Translations under genes and position numbers: made by a program
Assembly (NCBI GenBank): GCA_043228905.1
Contig: JBHGNT010000295.1
Coordinates: 1 to 38,434, forward strand
Length of the DNA: 38,434 nucleotides
Source of the DNA: Azolla caroliniana
Lineage: Eukaryota > Plantae > Polypodiophyta
Direction of reading: 5' to 3'
In this document: positions 24,181 to 34,976 of the stretch, in pieces
Position numbering within the stretch: the first letter of the stretch is position 1
Layout of the letters: each line of letters starts with the position of its first letter
The notes under the pieces: model-generated
The model's input: the letters and a program-made list of their open reading frames with translations, nothing else
Told to the model about the DNA's origin: nothing
Database searches by the model: none

Positions 24181-24307
24181 GTAGGTGCGCGAGATAGGGG
24201 CATTTGGAGAATTTATGAAAACTGAAGGGCATTTTGGGGAGATACAAATTTGTTATTATCTCTGATTCCTGACGACGACTACGAAGAAGCAGCAGCACAG
24301 CTCAGTG

Positions 24308-27300
24308 ATGGCTGAAGAACTCGAATCGAAGACGAAGCGCGTGAGGGATCTGCTGAACAGCTTCTATGGAGAAGAAAATGATCTCTCCCCCTCCCATATC
24401 TCGCGCAGAGACACGATCCATGCCATCAACAGCAAAGATTTTGATGCAGAACGCTATATGTCCTCCCTGGTTCGTTCGTCCTTCACTTTTTTGTTTCTTT
24501 CTCTTTCATTTATTTTTTCCTAAATATTTTAGATCTAATGGTGAATCTTAAGATTTTAGGAAATGAAGAGTTAGCAGCAAGATTGTTTGAAGTATTTTTT
24601 TGGTTCTTTATTTCTTTTTGAACTTTTTTGGATCTAATGCCGAATCTGTAGAGTTTAGGAAAGTGAGAGCAAGAAACCGTTCGAAGAATTTTGTTGTTTT
24701 TAATAGTGTAAAAGCTTGAAATGCATTTATTTGGCTGGTTCGAGTTTGGATTTTAGATCTGTATTTCAATAAATCTAAGTTTAGGCTACAAATGTGCTTG
24801 GATCCTAATCTATATCTAATAAAAGCAATCTCCTTAGAAATATCTTATAGTTTCTCATGCTTCGGAAGCATATTCATTTTGTTTCTGCCTCAATTTACTT
24901 TGTATGTTAACGATTGGTAATCGGATGAACTTCCACTTTTTTCGAATTTCTGAAGCCATTCATTTTCTTTCTTTCTCTTGAACTTTCACATTTTAAAGTA
25001 ATCAAGGAAAACGAAATTGGTCATGGTTTCTTTTGTCTGTTTAGCTCCGAACTATTATTATTAAGCCATATACTTGAGCAGCTTACCAGCTTTTGAGATT
25101 CAACACTGTTTTTTGACAATGTAGGAAATCCTCAGTTTCAGGATGTTCTGATACTTTAAAGTGATATTCTTTGAAGCATACTTCGTAGTTTTACATGATT
25201 TAGAAGCTCAAAATTCGTCCATTTTCTTTATTTTTCTCTGTAGGTCTCTATTTTTAATTATGTTCTTTGATTAATTGAATGTAGCTACGTATCCAATGCC
25301 TAAAATGTAGGAATCAAAATTTAATAATGATACTTTTCAGGTGTATCTCGTAGTCTTTCATGTTTTGGAACTCTCCCATGCTGTTACTATTTCTTTGGTT
25401 TTTTGAATTTAATGATGTATTCAAACAGTCTAGCCCTTCTCTAGTAACATAATTTTGTACAAAATTTGGATCTTAACTCTGCCGACATAGGAATTAGAGA
25501 TTCAAATCCATCGAATTCAGCTCTGAAATTTCTCGGTTCCAAATTCCAATTAAAAGTGGGCCTCTTTGAAGTAGATTTGAATCTCTAGAAATATTTATTT
25601 TCTTTACCTTTTTAATTTAGCACATCATATCATGGAATCGTTCGATGTCCCATGCTCTAGAAGCTCATAAAACTTTGGCTCCAGAGTATCATCAGATTTG
25701 TGGATAATCCACTCTCCATGATAGGACATCAATTAAGATCCTATCTGACGGATAATAAAAGGGTCCAAGGTGTGTGCATTGTAGATGAGATGCGGTTGTC
25801 ACTCTGCGAATCTCACCAGTTGTTGTTCCATGCTTTAGAAACTTGTTAAACATTGGCTCCAGAGGGTCACCGGATTTCTAGATAAATCACTTTTTATGGT
25901 TATCCATCAATTAAGACTCCATCTGGCAGATGATAAAGGGCCCTCAGGTGTTTGCTGTGTAGATGAGATGATGTCATCACTCTGCAAATTTCAATTTCCC
26001 AAAAAAAATACTCTAATGGCAATGCATCTCCAAGTGAGTGGATGAACATCGCTTCTCAATTGATTTTTCATATCGCTCCCAATGAAATCAGACAATGTGG
26101 TACATACCCAAGGCCATCCACTTTTTGGCAGCAATTGTTCATAGCTTCCACGCCCTCTGATGTGAAATGATCAATTGAGGAATGTAATGCAAATCAGTGT
26201 GTGTGTATAATAATGTAAGTAGACACAATTTCTGATATCTTACTAAAATTAAAATTTTTAGATGTAACTTTTATGAATGAAATGGATGATGAGTTTTAAA
26301 AATCTGGAATCTTCTAATTCTATTCCATTTTTATCAGATTGAAGAAAAATAAGTTGTAGTGGAATGAATTAAATGGTGAAACTGAAACTAGTCAATACTT
26401 TTATGAATGAAATGGTTTATGAGCTTTTTTAATCCGGAATCTTCTCATTCTATACCATTTTGATCAGATTGAAGAAAAATAAGTTGTAGTGTAATGAATT
26501 AAACGGTGAAACTGAAACTAATCAATACTTCTATGAATGAAATGGATGAGGAGCTTTTTAAATCTGGAGTCTTCTTATTCTATATCATTTTGATCAGATT
26601 GATGAAAAATAAGTTGTATTTGAATGAATGAAATGGTGAAACTGAAACTAGTCAATACTGGAGACATATATTGTACATATATCTCTGATATACTTTTTCT
26701 AATGTGCTCTAAAAGTTAGACTCAAGGATCCACAAGAAATAGACTTTTCATGATCTAGTTTCATTCTGACCTGACTTGCAGGTGCATAAAACAGACCTTG
26801 AGGGTCTGCTTAAAAAACATGTTGAAATGGCTGCTGAAATAAAGAACCTTGACAGTGACATGCAAATGCTGGTATATGAGAATTATAACAAGTTCATTAG
26901 TGCTACGGACACGATAAGAAGGTAAAATTTAATGCACACACACATTGCTATATATGGTCCACCATACCTAAATCATTCTAACATGCGTTGGTAGAAGAAA
27001 GGGGAGTTGGCTTATAACATGTCTCACCACCCAAAAGTTCTCAAAGAGAAGGGGAAACATGCTATTTGTGAAAGGAGGGGGTGGTAATTAACAGACATTC
27101 CCAATCTCATAATTGGTTTTTAAAACGTTTACAGGATGAAGGAAAATATCACAGGTATGGAGTCAAATGTTGAGCAGCTCCTTAACAAAGTAAGAGTTCT
27201 GACATATTTTGTTTGTACAGTATCGTCATTGACTGAAGATGCTTATTGCATTGATGATATTTCTATTTAGGTAACTGTTGTAAGGACTAGTAGTGATGGT

Positions 27301-30300
27301 GTCAATGCATCACTATTTGAGAGAAGGGGGCGAATCGAAGAGTTGAATGGGACACGTGGTCTTCTTAGGAAAGTGCAGGTACCTAAGTAATAATCAAGTA
27401 TGGGATTTTGTACCCATTATGTGCGTTTCCTATTACTAAATGTATACTGTGTGCTATGTATAGTTTGTTTTTGACCTGCCCAAAAGACTTCGAAAGTGCC
27501 TGAAATCAGAGGCTTATCGAGATGCAGTAAGATTTTACAAAGGGGCTCTTCCTATTTTGAAGGTAATTGAGAATCAATATTGTGCATTACGGTTTTGAGG
27601 TAATACCTTCTTACTAGACGCTGCATTGCTTCAGTGAAAATATTGCTTATGGCATTCTTTTAGGGTAGGCGTATGGAAAAACATCGTTTCAAAGTTGCAA
27701 GGAAGAATCAGAAGAGGTGATGGCAATAATTTCAAAAAGACTACAGGTAAGTCATTGCGTTTTTACTCTATGGTTTTGTACTGTATATGTATAGGTAGCT
27801 TTTGCTGAATGTCTTCTGATGCAGGCTCATGTAATGGCAGATTCAGAGCCAATAGCTTCCCGTGCAGAAGCTGTTGGATTATTACGGGAACTAGACCATC
27901 CGGTATGCATATCATGTGACAGCACAATTAATGTTGTAGAAATCCTACATATATCATAATCGAGAGAGGGATTATATAAATTAGTCATGTAAAGAATACA
28001 TTATCATCACCATTGTAGCGAGTCACTGGTTTGGTAGTACGCTATCGTATTAGAGTTTAATTGAGTGTCTATTTATGTTGATATAAGGTTTTGATCATAG
28101 TTATTGGTCTGAGTTTTGCTCAAAGTAACTTTGGGGAGTTAAGGTTTCGCTTTATTACGTACTATCAATTGCATGTGTTGTCCATGATAACAAGAAACAA
28201 GTTTGGGACCTTATTGCTTCAGATTGAAAACATAATGGATATATATTTGACTGGAGTTTTAGAACGGCTTGCCGTGGCCCTTCAAGGAGTTGAAGGCATT
28301 TCAAAGAAGTCAAATGATGCACCTATGAATGATTCCGAACATCAGTCACCAAGGAAGTTGATGGAGACTATTAATAAGGTGTAATTTCTAATACATTATG
28401 TAGTTTCCTCATTGAAAATCTTTTGTTCCAAGGATGATTCCTGTGCTGAATTAGATCAAGGATATCAAGTCTTGTAACCTTCAAATATTCCATCATACCA
28501 GGAGTTTCTGTCAGACTTTGCTCAATCAGCATCGATGTTCAAAAGTATTTTTCCAATGGCTGAAAAACGTCTCACTGAAGCTGCAACGGACTTATTCCGA
28601 AAGTAAGATTTTGTCTTCAAGCTAGCGCAATTTGGTTCCAGGAGTGGATTAGGATACTTGATGTCATAGTACGTAATATTCCTGTTTGTTAGCCCAAACG
28701 TTCGTATGAAAACGAATGCGTATGTTATTAAATCATTCTTGTGGTTTTTTTTACACTTTATACCTTAACTTACCTTAACTTTCTTACCCTAAAAAAGAAA
28801 ACCTTATAATAAATAATGAGTGCAAAAGTATGGTATTCAGTATTTAGTATTTACCATACTTCGAGGGTGTTTCTCTTACACGAATGATAAGATTGTGCGT
28901 GAATGCGAATGCACGAATGGTACGTATGCTTCATACTATGCTTGATGTTATTTTAAACTTTGTTATCCAGGTATCTTGCAAGTGTGCAGAAATCATTACA
29001 GCCTGACTTTGGAGATCCTTCTGCAAGTGAACTTATATCTGCTTTGAGTAAGATGAAGGAACTCTCCCCTTTTTACTTTTGGTTTTGATTAGTTAAGAGT
29101 CATTGTAGTGAAAATAATTATTGATTTGGTGCTGTTGTAATGCTACATGACTTTCCATGTAATGTATACCGTATGATGCTTGGTTATGTATCAGAGTTGT
29201 GGGGATAAGACATTGTGTTATGCACTGGATATTGTCAAATGGATCTGGCTATTCATAAGTGGACACTGATGTGATTAATATCCTTATTCCACTCTCTTTC
29301 ACAGACTGAGGAAGGGGGAAAGGTGGATTCTGAGGAGAAGTCTGAAAATAATAACAAGAAAATACCTATTCTATGTCAATTATGAATACTCTTATAATAA
29401 AGATGAAGTAATATTGAGAGAAATGAGCCTCATCAGCATTGCATGCTACATGACTTTCCATGTAATGCATACCACATTATGCTTGGTTATGTATCAGAAT
29501 TGTGGGGATAGAGCATTGTGTTATGCATTGGATATTTGTCAAATGGATCTGGAAATCCATAAATGGACACTGATGTGATTAATATCCTTATTCCACTCTC
29601 TTAGACAGACTGGGAGAGGGGGAAAGATGGATTCTGAGGAGATGTCTGAAAATAATAACAAGAAAATACCTCTTTTATGTAAATGTTAATACTTATATAA
29701 TAAATTTGAAGTCATATCGAGAGAAATGAGCCTCATTTGCATAGCCTGTGTAAGGCTCTCTCCTCTCAATGCATGTGTATAAAAACCAGATCGTATAATC
29801 TCATGTGCTCATCTTTTGTTATTACTTTTAATAGATCAGTGCTTTTAATCTTCTCATAACCATGTTCCCAATCTTTGATCTTCCATATTTTTAAGAACTT
29901 TGGAAAGACACAGGAGAGGGGAGATGGAAGGAGTGGTGGCATATCCACTAAAGGAAAATGGAGGAAGAATGAAAGTTTGGGGAGTGGAGATGGGAGGTTG
30001 ATGACATATTCAACAAGTGGCCTATGAGACAGATCAGATGTGCAAAAGGCCCTCTGTTATTGGATAAAGTGTAAAGAAACAGTGCAAGGATGATAATAAT
30101 GGAATGCAAGATGCTATATTATTTGGATTTATTATGCAACCATTGGCATACAAGACATATCAGACGTGCAAAAGGCCTTCTGTTATTGGAGACAGTACAA
30201 AAAAAAAACAATGCAAGGATGATAATAATGGAGTACAAGATGCTTATATTATCCTGAATTACGAGAATGATGCTTAGCATCAAAGAGAATGTTAAGTGGG

Positions 30301-33261
30301 AGTAGAAGTATTAGGCAGTGGGTGATGCGTATTGTACTTGTAATTTTTATTCTACACATCATGCTGACTTATGTCACAATTTTATTTTATCCTGCAGAAA
30401 TTTTATCCACAGATGTCACTCAAATGGATGAAGTTGTACCTGATGCAGGTCTTCCTCTGCTTGCGTTGCAGGTACTGTACATTCGATTTCTACCAGTGAT
30501 CTTTTTGATATTAAGGTCTATCTGTTCCTTTTCCTTGAAGAAAACTGATGCTGATTGCAGGCAGCAGAAGGTGCTGTGAGACAACATGTCACCCGAAGAT
30601 TTAGAGGACTGCATGATAATTTGATTGGTAATGATGTTAGGATGTTAAATTGCTGCGTGTTTCAAGTTGTGAACATCATCTCATGATCATATTTCAATGT
30701 CTTTGAAACCCAGCTGCTCTTTTGGTGGCTAACTCAATACAAGCTAGAAACAATAAAGATATTGTGAATGGAAAGAAATCACTGGAAAGAGTGCTCTTAA
30801 ATGCTCAAAATATCATTTTTCAAGGCAGTCTTGACATGTTGTCGGTAGAATCTCCTTGGACCAAAAGTTTTGATTCCTTTTGAGAGGCCTGAACATGCAA
30901 TTCTGTAAATGCTGATGATATTCTTTGGCATTGCACTTTTCTCTTTTGTATTTCCGTGCAGAATTTGAAAGAGCTTCTTGATGATAAAGGGGATTTAATG
31001 GTCAATTGGCGCTCACTCTATGTTGACTTGGTACAAGGAGGTATTCAAGATCTTTTTGTGATGCTGAATCATCGTTTTCTGGCAATGTGCACATCAACAC
31101 CACATGACAACTCCAAACAAGAGGGTGTACCTGAAGATAGCAGAAAAAAGATTCTTGCATCAAGTGGGCTTGTGTTACTGCTTGCTCGATTTTCAATCTA
31201 TATAGAACAGTTCGCTGTTCCAAAGATAACAGAGGTATCCCGATGAGTACAAGTATTTTGATGAGTCTAGCTCTTTAGCCAGGGTCATTTGTTGTATCAC
31301 TTATTTAGTGTACGTAATACTTATTGTGGTCATACTTAATGAAAGAAGTTATGATGCACATGGCTTCAAATGGCAATAGCAGTGCTTGAGCAAATGTATT
31401 CAACAAGTTAGCAATAATTCTTTCTGTAGTTGGGTTGCAAATAAATATGTTAAGCCATAAATACAGGAAATAGCTGCTTCATTCACTGGAGGTGGAACAC
31501 AAGGTTCCAAGGATCGGCCTCCATTTATACCAACAGAGATTTGTAGACTTTACAGAGCAACAGGAGATCAACTTCTTCAGCATGTGAGTTCAAATTGACT
31601 ATTACAGCTTGTCAAAATGTAACATGAAATTGAAGACTATCCAATTTCTCCTAGTGTTGTTTTTGCATGATTTCATCACAAGGACCAAGTTTTTGTGATT
31701 AACAGAGGTGGTGTAAAATGCAAATATTTTTATCTGATCATACTTGTTGTGAATCACTGAAGTATGAGGAGGTGGTTTTCAGAATGCTCACACACCACAT
31801 TTTATATTTTAGGGGTTTAGGCTATTATTACCCTTGTGACCTGTATTGAGGCGTAATCACGAATCTCAGTGTATTCTTCCTTCTAACGTATGTGTGATGT
31901 AAATAAGATGCTCCATGCAATCATTGGAATGATGGCTACTGTTATGATCTGTATTGCTGGTCATGTTTAGATACATTTGTTTACTAGGATGACTCTTTTG
32001 CAGTACTGATTGTGGCATATTTGGTGGGGTAATCAACACGTTATCTTGTACATTGTTTTGCAGTATGTCTTAATCCAATCGAAGAAGCTCTCAATGTTGA
32101 TAAAGAAAAGTGTGACAACGCCCAATTGGCTTAAGGTGGGGTGGGTAAAAGCCTTTGGTTCTGAATGTTATATATATTTTTGTTTTTGTTCTTCCTTAAT
32201 AAAATTGAATAGTTTGTTTACAGTACAAGGAACCACGAGAGGTGCGGATGTTTGTGGATTTATATCTACAAGAGGTAAGCTTAATTTTCATATTTATGCA
32301 AGACAAGCTTCTGCATATCTGAAAGTTTGGCTTTGGAAATTGTCCTGTAGATTGAGACCATGAGCATTGAGGTTAAAGAAGTGCTTGAACCAGGAACTCT
32401 ACGAACACACAGGCGATCGGATAGCACAGGAAGTGCAAGTTCTTCAAGAAGCAATCCTTTACGAGAAGACCGAATCAGCCGTTCAAGCATCGCTCAAAGG
32501 ACTAAGAGTCATTTGTTAGAAAGAGATGTTGCGAAGCTATTTAAACAAAAAGTGGAGATCTTCACCAAGTTGGAGTACACTCAGGTTTTACTATTTGATA
32601 GCCAAAAAACATTTTGAAGTAATTCCCATTGAAGTTGAGAGAGTCAAGGAGGATTAGGATACTGATGATGATGAATTACTATTAGTAATAGAACGATGTG
32701 GGATTAACTTTACATTTTGTATATACATATATAGTCTTTACCTCCAAGGGATTGCAATTAAGGATTGTGAGTGAGCAAAATGGAAATATTTATTTAACAT
32801 TCCACATGGCTTGTAGGGATCTGTCATCTCAACTGTTATCAAACTGAGCCTCAAGAGTTTCCAGGAGTATGTGAGGCTAGAAACTTTCAGCAGGAGTGGG
32901 TTTCAGCAGATACAGGTTGATACTCAATACTTGCGGGATCCTTTACGAGAGGTCGTTGATGACGAAGATATCATTCAATTCCTCTTGGATGAGGTGCGCT
33001 AGAGGAAGTGAAGGCCCCCTTACTATTTTTCGATTGAATGATGGAAAAGAAAAACAATACTGAACGATAAAATGATGTCAGTTAGGATCAAACTTAAGTC
33101 AAAAGTCATGTTTAAGAACAATGTTGCCATTTCCTTGTGTTTTGTAGGTTTCTTCTGCAGCAGCAGAGAGGTGTGTTGATGCTAGTCCTCTTGAATCACC
33201 CATAGTAGATAAACTTATACAAGCAAAGAAGGCAAAACGTGCTGAGATTGGTGGAGCATAG
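24308..33261 (+). CDS. VPS51: Vacuolar protein sorting-associated protein 51 (GARP/EARP subunit), 787 aa, 20 exons
   Basis: Exons 24308-24469, 26782-26921, 27135-27189, 27271-27378, 27464-27562, 27669-27746, 27825-27902, 28223-28378, 28502-28602, 28971-29047, 30398-30471, 30561-30627, 30714-30844, 30962-31234, 31467-31583, 32064-32135, 32224-32274, 32351-32584, 32817-32993 and 33148-33261 give an open frame. Hallmarks: [64 protein letters not shown] and [24 protein letters not shown]. Confidence 0.95.
25646..25993. repeat. Diverged ~179-bp tandem duplication in VPS51 intron 1
   Basis: CCATGCT..TAGAA..TTGGCTCCAGAG..CATCAATTAAGA..TGTAGATGAGATG..TCACTCTGC occurs twice. Confidence 0.8.
26268..26659. 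repeat. 130-bp tandem repeat, 3 copies, in VPS51 intron 1
   Basis: Units start at 26268, 26398 and 26528 (CTTYTATGAATGAAATGG..ATCAGATTGAWGAAAAATAAGTTGTA..GGTGAAACTGAAACTA.TCAATA). Confidence 0.92.
28665..28940. mobile_element. Non-autonomous hAT-like MITE (276 bp) in VPS51 intron 9
   Basis: Exact 8-bp target-site duplication CTTGATGT at 28657-28664 and 28941-28948. Terminal inverted repeats CATAGTACGTA / CATAGTATGAA match at 9 of 11 positions. An 8-bp TSD is characteristic of the hAT superfamily. Confidence 0.75.
29140..29735. repeat. ~303-bp tandem duplication in VPS51 intron 10
   Basis: ATGCTACATGACTTTCCATGTAATG starts at 29140 and 29443; both units end GAGAGAAATGAGCCTCAT. Confidence 0.92.
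30033..30252. repeat. ~90-bp direct repeat (period ~126) in VPS51 intron 10
   Basis: ATCAGAYGTGCAAAAGGCC.TCTGTTATTGGA..TGCAAGGATGATAATAATGGA..CAAGATGCT at 30033 and 30159. Confidence 0.85.
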
Positions 33262-33845
33262 CTTTCATTGATGATTTTGTTTCAGATTATTCTGAGGATC
33301 CTGTTGGTCTTTTTATCTGTTGAATAATTCATTACACATAAGTGAGCCAGATTCTTAAATTTTCATTAGAAAATTTTATTTCTTGAACATTTAGAATCTC
33401 TTCATTTCGTGTAAGAATCATTTTTTTCAATGTAGATGTCTTTTTGTAATGTAGTTCCTAGCAATAATTTTCACATTTGTAAATATAAAATTATGCACAC
33501 AAATAGTTATGGATTGACAATGTTTCTTAAAGCAATAGATGTGGGTAAGAGTGTGCAGTGCAAGGGAGTTAAATGTGTGTACGATAGGCATAGTTATCTG
33601 TTTCATGAAATTAAGAACCTAGCTTTGAAATATTGAGAACCTAGGTATTGAAATTAAGAACCTAGTCAATATTTCCAAAGATATTGAAGAACCTTCGACC
33701 TTTTTTGAGGCAGAGCTACAAACCTCTCTATTTGTCTGATCTTAGCACCAACCTTGAACAAATGGTGTGCTAGAAAGGATTTTTTGAGCTAGAGACAACT
33801 ACTGTGAAAGAAAGGATTTGCCATGGATATTGGGGACTTGAATAC

Positions 33846-34140
33846 GATTATATACCATCCTAGTCTCAACCATAAGTAATGCTGACTAGGGATTGGTGGA
33901 CGTTTATATATATAAAGGGGAGTATGGTCACGAGGGTGAAGTGATGAAAGGAACACTGGCTGCAGTGGAGGTTGTGGTTTATGATAGAAACATTGCACTT
34001 GTTTGCATAGTGTCGATCATATACCATCCTAGTCTCAACCTTAAATAATGCTGATGTTATATAGATACAGGTATGGTTGCAAGGGTGAAGTTATGAAAGG
34101 ACACATGCCACAATGGAGGTTGCAGTTTATGATAGAAACA
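33846..34140. repeat. Diverged direct repeat between the VPS51 and bHLH 3' ends
   Basis: ATATACCATCCTAGTCTCAACC..TAATGCTGA..GTATGGT..AGGGTGAAGT.ATGAAAGGA..TGGAGGTTG..TTTATGATAGAAACA occurs twice. Confidence 0.85.
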
Positions 34141-34710
34141 AGAAACATGCTGTAATATTGCACACACCATTGCAGTTGTTTGGATAGTGCAAATTCAGAT
34201 TTAACGAACAATCCTCACATAGAGTTGCGGTTGAATTTCATTTTGGAAACAAAAAGAAAATGCATGAGCCTTGTAGTTTGGGTTCAACAAACTTTTAGTG
34301 GGAGAAACCCTATTCTTCTGATACATAAACCAACTCAATTTTGGTTTGACAAGTTTCAGCAAGAAAATTCTATTCTGATCTTTTACATAAAGCTGCTGAG
34401 ACAAGTTTCAATCATACATATTATATATGGATATACACCCCTGTGACCAATTTTGAATGCACATACATAGAATAACATTTTCCTTTCGTTACAAACTACT
34501 TTTGCATACGACCAGATTATTTTTTCATCCTTTTGTGTATGACATACCCTTCTTTGTTGACTTGGCCTCTCCTTATAAACTCCTTAGGGAATATCATGGT
34601 TTCCGTGGCTTTATAAAGATCAGTAAGAGATGCTTAGTTTTATGCTGTTTGCTGAAATACCATACAATGGAATTGCCTCCTCGTTGAAAGTCTTCTCTTC
34701 ATGAAGACTA

Positions 34711-34870
34711 CTTCACAAAAGTATCCAACTCGTACACATATAAAATGTATCTTGTTCTGACTGCTTCACAAAAGTATCCAACTCGTACACATACAAAATA
34801 TATCTCGTTTTGACTGATTCACGAAAGTATCCAACTCGTGCACGTATAATGTATCTTGTTCTGATTGCTT
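34711..34870. repeat. 53-bp tandem repeat, 3 copies, in the bHLH 3' UTR region
   Basis: TTCACRAAAGTATCCAACTCGTRCAC..TATCTYGTTYTGA occurs three times. Confidence 0.9.
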
Positions 34871-34976
34871 CATTAGGAGACCCGCCAAATATTTCTTTGA
34901 AAGGAAAGAACCTGCCTCAAAGCTACCGTTAAAATACCAGTAGGTCGCAAGATTCATCTGTCGGTATGGGAGCCGT

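Noticed and set aside
24029-24298. ORF with CMYV repeats
   Set aside because: It is a translation of the (TACA)n microsatellite.
26268-26659. 130-bp triple repeat as a C/D box snoRNA cluster
   Set aside because: Only copy 1 has ATGATGA, and I saw no terminal stem or rRNA-complementary guide. Plain tandem duplication explains it.
26985-27095. Possible solo LTR or TRIM fragment in VPS51 intron 2
   Set aside because: The composition is suggestive, but no clear TG..CA ends or TSD could be defined.
33607-33700. Short recurring GAACCTAG units resembling a CRISPR array
   Set aside because: The context is eukaryotic, spacing is irregular, there are no unique spacers and no cas genes. It is a degenerate minisatellite.
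34711-34870. 53-bp repeats as a CRISPR array
   Set aside because: The whole unit is repeated and there are no unique spacers.
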